From Amphiscolops sp. MND2022 (taxonomy: Eukaryota), in contig OZ076409.1 of the NCBI GenBank assembly GCA_964187785.1, forward strand, positions 20,710,001 to 20,774,000: a DNA stretch of 64,000 nt, written 5' to 3'. Shown piece by piece: positions 51,518 to 64,000 of this stretch (position 1 is its first letter; every line of letters starts with the position of its first letter). The notes beneath the pieces are model-generated. The model did not search any database and was not told the DNA's origin. It saw nothing but the letters and a program-made list of their open reading frames with translations. Made by a program: the position numbers and the translations under genes.

Positions 51518-52068
51518 TAGGGGGAACCAAATGCTATAAATGCTATTAATGCTATAAATGCTATTTTCTCTTACATTTTGAACTTAATTGCTATTTTGTC
51601 TGTCGCCTGAAAACCAATATTATTTCACACGATAAATAAACATACACTTACTTACTACTTATTTTGTTGGACACCTTGAATGCATAAAGCAAATAAATAT
51701 AACACGCCTACTCATCTTTGTTGTATTTTAAGATCAACTATGCCTAAAATACCGCTTACTAAGCATGAGAAATCTTCAATTTATGCTCAAAAATATCCAT
51801 CGGAATTCCGTGTTTTACCAAACGGAGAATTAATTTGTAAATTATGCGACAAGCCCGTTAACTCGGACAAAAAGTTTGCTATCGACAACCACCGTTAATT
51901 GTAATTAACAATATGCATCCAAGTAATTGTTTTTTCAATAGTTTTTGGGCGAGTAAAATACAAAAAAATCAATTTTAAGTGCTATTTTTAGTGCTATTTT
52001 AAAGTTTTTTGAGTGCTATTTAATAGCGCTATAAAAACGTTTGTTAGTGCTATTGTTGGTCCCCCCTA
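51518..52068 (+). mobile_element. Internally deleted hAT-like element, 8-bp TSD CTCATTAC
   Basis: TIR TAGGGGGAACC / GGTCCCCCCTA; TGCTAT subterminal repeats; N-terminal zinc-finger remnant LICKLCDKPV...KKFAIDNH. Confidence 0.88.
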
Positions 52069-52348
52069 CTCATTACAACGACAACAATTAACACGATCAA
52101 CGTTTAGTCGAGTAATTCTTAATTCTTGATATCTTAATGATAAAGTGGCTGAGGATTTGTTTTGTTTTGGTGACTTGATAGATTCGATATATAAAGTTTT
52201 TTAAAAAAAACATTGTGATGTAACTTTTTCCACAGCAGAAGGTGTCAGTTGCTGAACAATTCTCAATATGTGTAGATGCAAAATAGGCAATGCTGTAGGT
52301 GTGAAAATCTGAAGTTTAGATCCTACTGATCTGCATTTCCATCTTTCT

Positions 52349-52544
52349 CAGGGGTGGTTTTAGGATTTTCTCAACGGGTGGGCGGATTTTCCAAATGTGG
52401 GGCACACAGTAACGAGAGCACCAGTTGAATACTTGAAAGTAGGAAAACTCGGTTCATTTTACCGGCTGTGTCATCAATTCATTTTATGCATCTCCAAAGG
52501 GGCAGGCTGCCGCCTTCCCAGCACCCCCCTTAAAACCGCCCCTG
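52349..52544. mobile_element. hAT-type MITE, 8-bp TSD ATCTTTCT
   Basis: TIR CAGGGGTGGTTTTAGG / CCTTAAAACCGCCCCTG; TSD 52341-52348 and 52545-52552. Confidence 0.9.
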
Positions 52545-55500
52545 ATCTTTCTTGCCTGAAATGTGAAACCCTATGTTGGAAAGAGGCTCTTCCAGAGCAC
52601 GAATAGTGGTAGTGAGGATTACAAGAAGCGATTGGCTAATAGCTACGAAATACAAGCAGCCAAATTTTGAAAACATTTTTTATAGTTTAATAAAACTACA
52701 CGCAAGCAGCTAGACAGTTTCCTCTTTGGTTTTCACCGATCAAAAATAGTGATTATATGCTCTGGGTCTTTTTACCCCAGTTTTTCGTAACCATTTTTCA
52801 AACCAAAATATATTTAACCGACCTAACCAAGTTTTGGATCGAAAACAATATTACCCAATTAATCGAAAGCTTCTTTGATGATCAGGTGTTAAAAACCACT
52901 GATGAGTGAGTCAAAATTCGAAAAGGTGAGGAAACTTGAGAAGGCTTTAGGCTTTTCAACTTTATACTTCTGTAATAATATAAAATGAGTTCTATTCGGT
53001 GGTGTTCCTTCGTACAGTTCTTGTATAAAATTTGCAATTTACAGTTGCTGAGTGGTCCAGAATGGTTAAATTGGACGGACATCAATAGTGCAAGTCGCAA
53101 CTCAATATCAGCTCTTTCTTTGGTTCTCATACGGAATAGTGATCAACCCCAGAAATTACCAATCAGGTCCTGAGATATGGACCTGATGATTTCAAGAGTG
53201 ATATATTGTCCCATTTTAGTCATAAATTATATGATCATGCTTAGGAGTGGCCAAAAAAGTCGACATAGTTCGCAAAATACTTTTTTCTCGAAATAGTGTG
53301 CCTTGGAAACAATTGTTCGTATCGAAGACCATTCCTGTGTGTTCTAATTTATTTATTATACGGTTTATTATACACCTTAGTCAGGATTTTAGCCGTTCTG
53401 ACACAGCGTCAACAAGAGCAGGATGGGCGTGAACTTCGGGACATCAATTGGACCCTTCATGGGAATTTTAATCTTAAGTAAGACCCTTTGGACTTGCTAG
53501 TGTGACCACATTCGAAGCTGCGTATGTGTAGCTGTTTTATATCTTAAAGTGTACCTGTTAAAATGTATCTGCTCAAATTCCAGATATAAGCGGAATTTTT
53601 CGCAACAACCACAAGATTATGTTGCACATGAATTCTTTCCAATACCAGCAACTTTGTAATTTGGTGTTTACAGAATGCGGGATATCCGAGGTTAGTTTAA
53701 TCTGTTTGATTTAACTACAATAACAGTTTTCGAATGCTTGCTTGTTCCCAAACAACGGGATCTTTTGTAGCTTCAACTGACATTTGTTATGAGTTAGCGT
53801 CGTCGGTGCATTGTACCGACTTATATCAGTGAAAGGCGACGTCAAATATTTGTTCACAATGTTCGTTGCAGACATTGACCAATATTCGAAAGCCAAATTT
53901 GGTCGTATCGACCTTAGTCGCAAGATAAAATCCGTCAGCTCTCGTTAATTGTACTTGGATAGCTACATGTATACATGGTACATTGTGACTAAATGCATTG
54001 TATCTTCATTTTGGCATGAAGTTATTTTTGTGTCAGACCTTGTGATATACAACATTTGCTCGAACTGCATCTCCGTGCATAGTTTAGAATACAGCAACAG
54101 CATTTACTGGAGGTGCAACTCTCAGCATATCTTAGTCTACAACATTGCTACAACTGCATCTTGGTGCATTGTTTGGTGGTCCATCTACATAAAAGTTTAA
54201 ACTACATCAAGCGTCTCTTTCGAGTAAGTTTTTTCTTGGAATTTCAATTGATATATATTTCTGAGGTGCAGTATTAACGCTAATTTTCAAAGGCTGCACA
54301 CATTTAAGGTTATGAAATCTATTCGAACAACATTTTAAAGGATTTTTTTATATTAAAGGATCGGCCTTAAAATTTAAAGGATTCGAAAAAACACATTTCA
54401 AATACTTTAAGGGGAACGTCATACAAGACAAGACAAATTTCTCAAGAACTGTTCATACGATTTTCTATAATATTTAGCACAGTCATCATACACTCAAAGG
54501 TGCTCCTGCGTGCGCAAAGGCATCAAAATCGTATGATTGGGATGTGAGAAACATAGCCAAAAATAGCCCAAAAAATGGCCATTTTTCGATTTTCTCAAAA
54601 ACTCCATACGATTCGAACGAAATTTTCTACAGTCATTCTACACCATATTAGATATCTTGCTTGGATTAATACGTGTCGCACCAAAAAACATCAGCAAAAA
54701 ATCAAATCTATTGGTTCGACCCATTATGGTAAGCACCTGCACCGAAAAATCCAGAATAATTTTCAGCGAATTATAAGATTCAGCGAATAATTTTCTCACC
54801 CTGCTATTCGTATTTATAATTGCTGTCAAATTTCTTTTTTATTTTGTTTAAAGGAAAAAGGATCCTTTAAAGGAAAATCCTTTTAAAGGATCGATGTTTA
54901 AAGCAAGGATTTTTTAAAGGATCCTTTATAGGATCCTTTAAAGGAAAATAAAAAGGGACATCACTGCGAACATCAAATGGCGATGTATCAAGATTAGGAA
55001 AAGCCCAAAGCAACCTTTCAGATGTCAATTGCAGACCCAAGTTGTCGTTTTCAGCCGAATCGACATTCCTTCAGGCAGCTATAAGTAGTCTAACCAGAAT
55101 TTTTTTGGACAATTTTTTATCTCCTTGGTGATCTGAGAACAGAAAAATCGTTATTTTTGACTGATTTTCAGTATCGACACTCCGAAGCGGGTCCCTATAA
55201 TTTATAAATCTGTCTTTCTCTTAATGCCGAAAAGTTCTTCATAGTTGGAAAATCTTTTTTTCTTCTTTAGAATGTTACCAGCTTGTTTTATTACTCTAAT
55301 CTAGGGGTGTACCGGGCATCAAGTCCGGTCCGCTATCCGGTCGGACTTCAGAAAAATGTCCAGTCCGGTATCCGGTCAGTCTTCTGACAGAATTCGGCCG
55401 GAAAAATATCTTCGCAAATGATCGCATATCTCAGATGAAAATTGTTTGAAACGGTCAAAATTCAATTATTTTGTTGAAAATTTCCGGCATTTACTTTGTT

Positions 55501-56657
55501 TTTCATTATACTTCTTGTCCAATTCCAAAAGCAGTCTGTCGTCACTTATAATTGAGGATCATGGCCAGTATCCGGCTTTGATGAGTCCTGTCCGGCAGAA
55601 CGGAAATTTTCCTGTCTATTGCATCTCTACTATAGCCGATATACATGCTGTCAGCACCGTCTATAGTGAAGTTTCTCAACGTACAGTAGTGTTTGAAAAG
55701 AATGAGAGATTGACTACATAAAACCGCCAACTTTGACATCCAATATCTCAATCAATTACAAGTTAACAATTTTGTTTGAAAGTTTTGTTTCAAAATTGAA
55801 TCTAGATTACAGATGTCATTGTTTGGAAAATCTTTGACAATTAATTAGAAAATTAAAGAGGACCCTTTATTTGTTTTTATAATTATTTTAAATTTAAACC
55901 TATACAATTATATATTTTCCATTCAATGAAAATTGATTTTGAGCGCAATTTTCGTATGAGTTCAAAAAGTATCGTTGGTTTAGGAAGTGCGAAACCTTTT
56001 GATTGAATGTATCTTTCGGCTTCATATCAGCCAATAATATTGCAGATTTTAAGTAAATGAGCGTTATCATTCATTGCACGTTATCAAACAGGGCACTAAA
56101 AGCTCCATTCTTTTTTAAACACTACGCATGTTGTAGTTATCTGGTTCTTTCTTTCGCAATGAAAAACCATCCAGCGTAACGTTCAATTCAGGCACCAACT
56201 GGTCTCTTGTGCATCATCGCTGTATTCGAATTTATTCTGGTGCTTACCACGTGTGGCAGTTTTATGCGGTAAGAATGTAAAAGATGCGTTTCGTAATGTT
56301 GTAAAAATGTCATTTTATTGCTTTTCACGTGGAGGAACACGTTTCCAGGCATCAAATTAAGACGTCAATAATCGGCGTTATCTGAAAACAACTCACTGTA
56401 ACATGAGAAAGTTCATTCAACATTGAACGTCTCATCTGGCCTTTTGTCTACGATGATGCAATATTTTGGACGCGAAATTTGATTGGTTGCCGAAAATGCG
56501 GAAAACATGCAAGAATGTGTAAGCGCAAAAAACTGCCGTGTCTGCCTGCTGTTGACGCACTATACGCGATGCTGACTGTATACTAATGCAATCGAGTGGA
56601 GGAAAAAAAGTTCTGTGAATTGGTATTGGCTTTGGTTCTGAATCTCACCTTTTAGAC

Positions 56658-59600
56658 ATGTCTTACCGAGTGGTTGTGGCCGGAGGTGGAACTGCGGGAC
56701 TCACCATGGCTATCAGGATGGCACGGGCCATAGGCAAACAGAACGTGGCCCTCATCGAAACCAAGGACACACATTATTACCAGGGATCATCTGCTTATTC
56801 AACACCAAATACCTACTCAATTTCCTACAATTTTTTTATATTTTGCAAGAACAATCCTATCGCGTGCGAATACCGAGCAAAAACATTCATTTCAAGAAAT
56901 ATTGCTGATACACGTGCGTACATTGTTTTCACGACCGAGTATTAGATAATGCTCGTCATTCGTTTCCTCCAACGATTTGCCTAAGATAGTTGGACAGTTT
57001 TAAAAAAGCCCAAAAGCGTTTCTCTTATTCTAATCTCTTCCGTTTTGGTTTCAATCAAAAGTTTTTCACCTTCAGATTGGTTCGAATGGAGACAATTTTC
57101 AAAAGTTTGTTTCCTGGCTGATTTTGGAAGTAGCTAGAATTGTCAATTTTCGACTACTTCGATTATCATTTTTATCAAATTTTTGCATTCAATTCTCTTC
57201 GATTAGACCTTACTCGATAATTGATTTCAAGTAAGTATAACCAAGGGCCCCTCGCGGGCTACCTTGGTGCTAGAGTTTTTACTGCTGGGATCAGTTTTAT
57301 ACTTTTGAATTCCCAAGAAACTAGCGCCCAATTAAATGGGATTTTTAATTTTTTGTTTTGTTCAAAGATTTCTTGAGTCATCAATCTATTAGTTATCGGA
57401 CGTATGCTCAACCATTGTATTCCTAGCTTTACTTTTTTGAATAATTTAATGATTTTCGGAGGTCAATACAATTAAGGTACAAGCAAATTTTTGTCAGGAA
57501 TTGAGTTTGGAACAAGATCAAATTTTTCCTAATGAAATTAGTATGATAATACACAATCAATTACTTTTCTAAAACTGAGGAGGTTGATTATCCCTGGTTA
57601 CCTCTAGCCTATGTGGACTTTAGTGGGCGGGGGTTTGAAGAACTTTGACAAGTGTCACCGACCAATGAGCAGTTTGGTACCCAAAGGACTGCATTGGGAG
57701 AAGCAGAAAGTCAGCCAATTTCAGCCTGCTGAAAACTGCGTTACGCTAACCAATGGAGCTAAGGTTAAATTAATATTCACTCGTTTATGCATTCTTTACT
57801 GAATTCAATTGGTGTCGTCTTTAATTATTGCACATGACGAAGTCAATGTGCATTGCAGTCCAGCTAAGAAAGTTTTTTTTTTCCACAATAGCCAACTTCA
57901 TAATAAGCGCCTTTTAGAGAAAAGCCAAAACCCCAGAGAGATTCGAACCTGCAGCCTCCCGATTGCGCGGCATAAGTGTTAACCACTGTGCCATAAGGAC
58001 GTTATTGAATGAAGTTGAACTGTTGAATATATACGCATGCGATTAAAATAATATATATACGCATATTAAAATAATCGATGTCTTCGTCATGTGTTGCGAA
58101 GCACCGCTTCGCCTCTGTGTTACACTTGCGATAAGCAAGTGTTATGGGAAAGTGCGGGTGCTTTTTTTTCCGCGCGACAACTCGTTTCAGCCCGCAAGTC
58201 GCATAGTTCAGGCGTTCGTGGTCTAGTTGTAAGATGCTTGCTTTTCAACCCAGAGGGCTCGTGTTCGAACCCGTGCATATGCGCTAATTTTTTTACAAGT
58301 ATTCCGAAGCAGAAGATTCTCACTTTTTCGGCACTATGAGATCCCCTTTTCGGCTTTGAGACTTTTTTTCGAAATTTTTCAAATATCCCCAGAGGTTCCT
58401 CCCTTCAATTTTTCTTGGTTTATTTGCAACAGAACGAATGTTAGAAAATCCCAAAGGGTCCCGTTTTTCAGATTTTTCGGCACTATGAGACTGTTAAAAA
58501 TTCTCATTTTTTTTCTAAAACTTTTCAAAGTCTCCAAAAGGTCCCCCTTCATTTTTTTTTGAAATTTCGCAAAACGATGGATATTTAAAAATCTCAAAGA
58601 GCCCCCTTTTACAGTTTTCGGCTTTGTGAGATTTTTAAAAATAATAATTTTTGTCTTAAAATTAGGTTTTCTCAGGCCCAGCACTCTATATCCGATTTTT
58701 TTGTAAAGACCGGTTTTTTTTCTAATTTGTTTTCATCGAACCCCCCCCTCCCGCAATTTTTACCAGAAACGAAACGTTTTGCGAGCATTAAGGACTGCTC
58801 AAGGTTTTCGGCACTATGCGACTTACCGGAGACCAAAAATTTCGAAAAAAATCCTCAATTTTCTGATTTTTGAAAGGTTTTCGTTTGAGAATGATGGGTT
58901 TTTGCTGTTTCCAGTTGGGGTAGAATGGTTTTCGAAAATTTATGCGTATCCCTTTGGGTATTTTTTGGCGCTGTAAAATTGATGAAATTGTAACAATGTC
59001 CGTTTACCCTTGCCTCTCCGTATGATGTTGCTTATTTGGTTTTCTTCAAAAGTTCGCAACTTTCTTCGCAAGTGTTTGCGAAGCACGGCTTCGCCTCTGT
59101 GTATAAATCTGTAAAAGCAGATCTATCAAGTGTTGTATACTTGTTAAACATCGGTTTTCGAGAATTTAGGTTCGTTTGTGACCAGTGTTTGGTTGATTTG
59201 TTCATTGCATCGCCCATTGTGTTATCATTTTAGCTGCATTATGAATATCTGATAGTTGCTCTGGGCTTGGAACTTCAGTACTCGAAGGTGCCCGGCGTGT
59301 TGGAAGGAATGGAAGAAAGCGCCAATGTTTGCAGTAATTATCACTCACTGTATTGTCAGAAAACTTTCAAGGCCATTGAGAACCTGAAAAGTGGACTCGC
59401 TCTTTTCACTCACCCTAACACCCCTATCAAGTGTGCTGGTGCATCTCAGAAGATTTTGTACCTCGCTGAGGAAAGGTTACGTGAGAGAGGGGAGCGACAG
59501 AACGTGGACTTCGCATTCGCGACTCCTGGGCCCGCTATCTTTGGAGTAGAATTGTATGCAAAGGCTCTTCAGCAGATTGTAAAAGAAAGAAATATCAAGA

Positions 59601-60437
59601 CATATTTCAAACACAATCTTGTGAAGCTCGACCACAAGAGAAATCTAGCTGTTTTCAACTCCACGCAAGATGCCGTAAGCTATCTATTTCCCTAATTTCG
59701 TGGGTTCCTTTTCACTGATGTATTGACTGTGTACTGAGTTTGCTAGTTGCACGCAATTTACTCAAGTTCTTACCAGAGTCAGCATTTAGGACAGTTAGCA
59801 TTTACTAGAGTTATCATTTACCAAAGTTTTAGTTTTAAAGATTTATCAGCCTTTCATTTCCGGAAAAAGTTGTCCCTATGGTGTTGTCCAAAGTTTCATT
59901 TTTTTGCAGGAAAATCCTCGAGAAGTTGAAATTGAATACAGCATGATCCACGTCACGCCTCCCATGGCGGCACCTGTTGCTATTCGAGAGAATGTTGACC
60001 TGGCTGCTAAGGATACGGGATACTTGGACATTGACCTATTGACTCTTCAGCACAAAAAGTACCCCAACGTTTTTGGCATTGGCGATAACATCAACATCGG
60101 GGCCACCAAAACAGCTGCAGCAGTAGCCAGTCAGACTGGTGTTGTGGAAGCCAATCTGAGAAGTTTGATGAAAAACCGCAGCATGAAAAGACAATATGAT
60201 GGCTATACAAGTTGTCCCTTGGTTACAGGCAAAGGAAAAGGCCTCTTGGCCGAGTTTGATAAGAATGGGGTGCCTCTGGAAACATTTCCCCTGATAAGAC
60301 AAGATAAAGAAACCTGGTACTGGTATCACCTTAAAGCCACCATGATGCCTCTTCTATACTGGCACGGATTCATAAAGGGACCTTGGAGAGGTCCTGGATT
60401 TTATCGCAAACTCCTACGACTTGGTTTTTCTTCATAG
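56658..60437 (+). CDS. SQOR: Sulfide:quinone oxidoreductase; exons 56658-56783, 57608-57763, 59234-59674, 59910-60437 (~416 aa)
   Basis: FAD motif VVVAGGGTAG, HYYQ|PMWTLVGGG, catalytic PIKCAGASQK and YDGYTSCPLVTG, FGIGD; all introns phase 0; introns 2-3 GT-AG, intron 1 GG-AG. Confidence 0.93.
56781..57596. mobile_element. Old TIR element coextensive with SQOR intron 1
   Basis: CAGGGATCATC (56781) vs GATTATCCCTG (ends 57596), 10/11 inverted match; putative TSD only 4/8. Confidence 0.55.
57828..59102. mobile_element. Composite repeat in SQOR intron 2: TIR-flanked tRNA-like unit (57831-58094) plus Helitron-like unit with terminal hairpins
   Basis: IR CACATGACGAAG/CTTCGTCATGTG; direct repeat TTGCGAAGCAC.GCTTCGCCTCTGTGT at 58095 and ~59077; tRNA-like 58210-58283; TTTTCGGCACTATGAGA subrepeats shared with ~63560-63620. 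Confidence 0.6.
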
Positions 60438-61034
60438 AACCGATTTTTTAATTGCTTATTTTTTGGGACTTTTTCTGATTTTGTTTGTCCGAATAATTGA
60501 AACATGGTGCTTCTCTTTTTGTTGAATTCAAAATCTATACATCATTTGTTTTAAATACATAGAAAGGGTTAGTGCAGTGGTTTTCTAGGATACATATGAG
60601 TGTTAAGAATGAGAGTAAAAACTCTTTGCAATGAGCTCATTCGTTTGATGAATATTTTTTCCATCACTTGGATCTATCGCTAGTATTAAGATTTGATTTC
60701 CAGTGTCGGGGTTGCTAATGCTAATTCGATTGAAATCACACAGGGAAGACATTTTACATTTTCACCAGAGACTGGAAAGATGCTACTCTACATAGTTCGT
60801 GCAGGAGCCTTTACTGTTAAAAATCACTCTGGGCTCAGTTTTTCATGATGAGAAAATCTAGAATGTGGTCTTATGCAGGTACTGTTCACTGAGAGTGGCC
60901 TCTATAGAGCCGAATTAATTAGAATCAAATTTGCAACCGATATTTTTAGACGACAATTATGCACGCTTCCGTTATACAGGATACAAAATGGTAATTTCAA
61001 TATAACTCAAACAAAAATTGGTTGTATGACTCGA

Positions 61035-61964
61035 AGTTAACATGTTTTCGGAAACTTTCTCACCAGCGAGCTCCAACTGCTTACTCACATACTCCGCTCG
61101 AGTCAGGTAGTCAACCATGCTCTCCGTGGGCTCCAAGCGCAGGGTTGTGAACTTCTCCAATAGGTTCATCAACCTCGGTGTTTCGGTGCTGTTGAAGTGG
61201 TCCCGCAGTAGTTGCCATGCCTTCGGACCATCACCCTTGCAGTCGTTCGTCAGCATCAGGATACTGCGGCTGTCATGACACTGTACCAAGTACGCCCAAA
61301 TTTCGTACTTCTTGTCATTCGTGCCAGCATCTGTTCCATTCAGCACGTTCAGTAGCTTCTTCGTGAAACAGAACCCCTCGAATCGCTCCTGCCACACAGC
61401 GAAGTCTTCTTCCTTGCCAGAGAACTGGAGATACTGCAAAGGTCGATCCATCCCTCACAAACTCCAACAAAAGCCCGAAACAGGCAGAAAGAAGTAACTG
61501 AAACAAAAATGAGGGCAGCAAAACAGGGATTCCCACGAAGATAAGCTACAAAGTTAGCGAAAGCGAAACGGCGGGTAACGGACGGCATAAATAGCAAAAA
61601 TTGTGGATATCCGAGACGCAAAAAGGAAAAATGGAGAGCGAAAAATAAGATCAGACGAGCATAGTCAAAGTGAGCAGAAAAAGTTTTTTTAAGGAAAAAG
61701 GCAAACTCACCAAATTGCTGGGCCCATAACCTATTAGGGCCTGAGCTCCTTCTGGTCGTAGCTGGGTTGTCGGAAGATTGGTGAAGAGTGGTTATTGTCA
61801 ATACTTTATTTTGTGTTGTGAGTTGATAAAGTGATTCAGTCAAGTGAAGATAAAATAACAGGTACATGTTTACAAACAACAATAATATACTAAATTAGTT
61901 CAGTCTGGCATAGTCTGAGATGGTTGACCTTTAATGGTCCTATGACCTTCATCGATCTCTAACA
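61035..61964 (-). mobile_element. Truncated Copia: 5' LTR (61732-61964), PBS (61718-61731), gag N-terminus
   Basis: LTR TGTTAG...CTAATA; PBS GGTTATGGGCCCAG; gag FSGKEEDFAVWQERF...DGPKAW...ESMVDYLTRAE. Confidence 0.88.
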
Positions 61965-62954
61965 CTTTTTGATCCTACACAATTCGACTCTGCACAGCAA
62001 TCCTGTCTCTCAATCTATTTTTTCGTCAGTACTGTTGAAAAACCAAATTTTGAATATTTTTCAATTTCTGATCATTATTTCCACTTCCATTGTCTCACTT
62101 CACAGTGGTTTATACATGTAATGTTTTTTTGTAAAAATTGCGGAATGTAAACCAGACAAAAGTCGGAAACGTTTTGAGAAATCCGTAAAATTATTAGGCG
62201 TTCGAAACTTCATAACTAAACAGGTTCCATTCTTTTACCACAATACTGTAGAGAAGAGATCGCAGAAATTCAAGGCATGTAATAATCGTGACACTTGTGT
62301 GAAAAACTGGATTCTCAGAAATCTGTGACATTTGCGTGTAATCGACAATCGAAAATGATTTTGAAGGCTTTTTGTCGAAATTGTTTAACCGTTTGCCCAA
62401 TGACAACTTCATTTTCACCAGTGTGTACGCATATTTTTGCCCAATTAAATTCTTTGATTTCGAGAAGTAAATGCCAATAAACTCTCTCCAAAATGTTTCA
62501 TTAAAGCAGGTAAATGTAGATGCTGGAAAAATTGTAATAAAATTGCTGTTACTTGAAAATGTATGTACAAAAAAATAAGGTTTTTGTCCATGAAAACCCG
62601 TGATTTTCAAGGTTTTCGGTGAATTTCAGCGTGAAATTGGACTTTTTTCGTCATGAAATGCTCGGTGATATTGATGAAAATTCTCCATGAATTTCTTACA
62701 TCCATGAAGTAGAGATAAACCAGTGCGTTGTGAATGAATTGATATTCATGATGATTCAATAGACTGCAGTGCTCCTAAAATGCTTTGTTTGTTGCATCAA
62801 TTAGTTTTTACTGGTTTTAGAACAAATCCAACTCAAGAGATTCTCAAGTACCGTATCTATTCAAAAAAGGGTCTCTTTGACTTTTTGCATCAAATCCCTT
62901 TACGTTTAGGGTGTTGGCACAAACTGCGATCTATGGAATAATATGAAACGCACT

Positions 62955-63797
62955 TCTGTAACTAAGATCTAAAGAACTATTATCTAAATGTCATTTTTCG
63001 TAACTAGGATGTAGAGAATGCCTGCGCTCCCGAATCGAAACGAAGGTCTAAATTTTAGACGTTATTCCCGTTTTTAGATGTTATTCCCGATTTGGAAATG
63101 ATTTAAAGTTTAAAACGTGCCTCAGATATGTCCCCATTTCCTCTAGTGTCCCGCGACCCCTTGGGGCCGCTTATATTCCCATCTTGCTCAGCGAGGTCGA
63201 GCAGGAGCAAATACCTAGCGGGAACGGAGATCGCGAAACAATCGTAGTGGGAGCTGGTCTTTGCGACGGTGAGGTCGAGCGTGCATACACGTATATGACC
63301 CCACATTATTCCTTAGACGTAATTCCTGTCCTTTTTAGACCTTAGTTACGGTGCATGATTTTTTAGTCGGCACTTTTCTTTAGAAAAGAGTCGACTATAG
63401 TCATGGCTTTTCGTCAGTGTTTTTTTAAGACCACCTGAACTGACCAAAATAGTTTTACAAAAGTTCTACAAAATATTATTGCACCATTTGGCCTAGCGAA
63501 CTGAACCAAAAAGGTTTTTCCTGTTTTCCCGCGTAACATACCATACCGAGCGAGACCAAAGGGTCCCCCCTTTCAGTTTTTTTTCGGCATTGTGAGACTT
63601 TTTTCCAAAAAATTTTTTTCATAAAAGGGTCCCCAACTCACCAATACTTTGACATATTGAAGTCCTTTTGCTATTTTTGAGCCTTAGATATGGCGCCGAC
63701 TTGGGCCGTTCCCGGCTTGTTAGATCTTAGTTCTTCTTTAGATCTCAGTTACGAAATTCATTTAGATCTTAATCCTTAGACCTTAGTTATGGTCCCC
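62955..63797. mobile_element. MITE with TAACTAAG/CTTAGTTA inverted arrays and shared GC-rich core, with a nested repeat (~63370-63720)
   Basis: Core at 63112-63308; inverted arrays on both sides; ends approximate, no TSD found. Confidence 0.6.
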
Positions 63798-64000
63798 ATT
63801 TAGGGTCACCTTTATCAGGCGAGATGCCAGTCATAGCTCTTGAAAGGATCGAAATTGACGACACTTGTTCATACACTGTCAATTCTAATAGTTGAGTTGG
63901 ACGATGAGCTGTTAATTGTAATAATTGGTGCCAGTGATGGACAAAAACTTGTTTTTAAGCTCGAGATAATGTTGAACTTTCTGCCAGAACACATATTGCG

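Noticed and set aside
52880..54200. Possible minus-strand transposase relic (GMVFDT) and Cys-rich segment
   Set aside because: Many stops, only one short motif, no termini found
54270..55720. AAAGGAT-rich and TCCGG-rich segments as defined elements
   Set aside because: Probably MITE remnants, but matching TIRs/TSDs could not be established
58210..58283. Functional tRNA gene (also other tRNA-like segments)
   Set aside because: Acceptor and anticodon stems do not pair convincingly; embedded in repeats

Overview
Eukaryotic (probably invertebrate animal) AT-rich DNA made mostly of nested transposable elements, with two recognisable spliced host genes near the right end: a TFIIIA-like C2H2 zinc-finger gene (~49.6-51.0 kb, +) and a four-exon sulfide:quinone oxidoreductase gene (SQOR, 56658-60437, +). 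Mobile elements include a young BEL/Pao LTR element inserted in the LTR of an older BEL/Pao element, two Ty1/Copia elements, several APE-type LINEs, two CRE-like RLE retrotransposon copies, a Penelope-like element with a minimal hammerhead ribozyme, hAT elements and several MITEs. The most striking observation is that in both host genes a conserved reading frame is restored only by splicing out a terminal-inverted-repeat insertion through a non-canonical 5' donor (GG in SQOR, GA in the zinc-finger gene) and a target-site-derived AG acceptor, which suggests transposon-made (Introner-like) GG/GA-AG introns. Also notable: a Copia LTR carrying a copy of its own RNase H sequence, tRNA-like Pol III cassettes in several unrelated elements, and a modular MITE family sharing a structured GC-rich core. 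All calls are from manual reading; no alignments, searches or folding were run.
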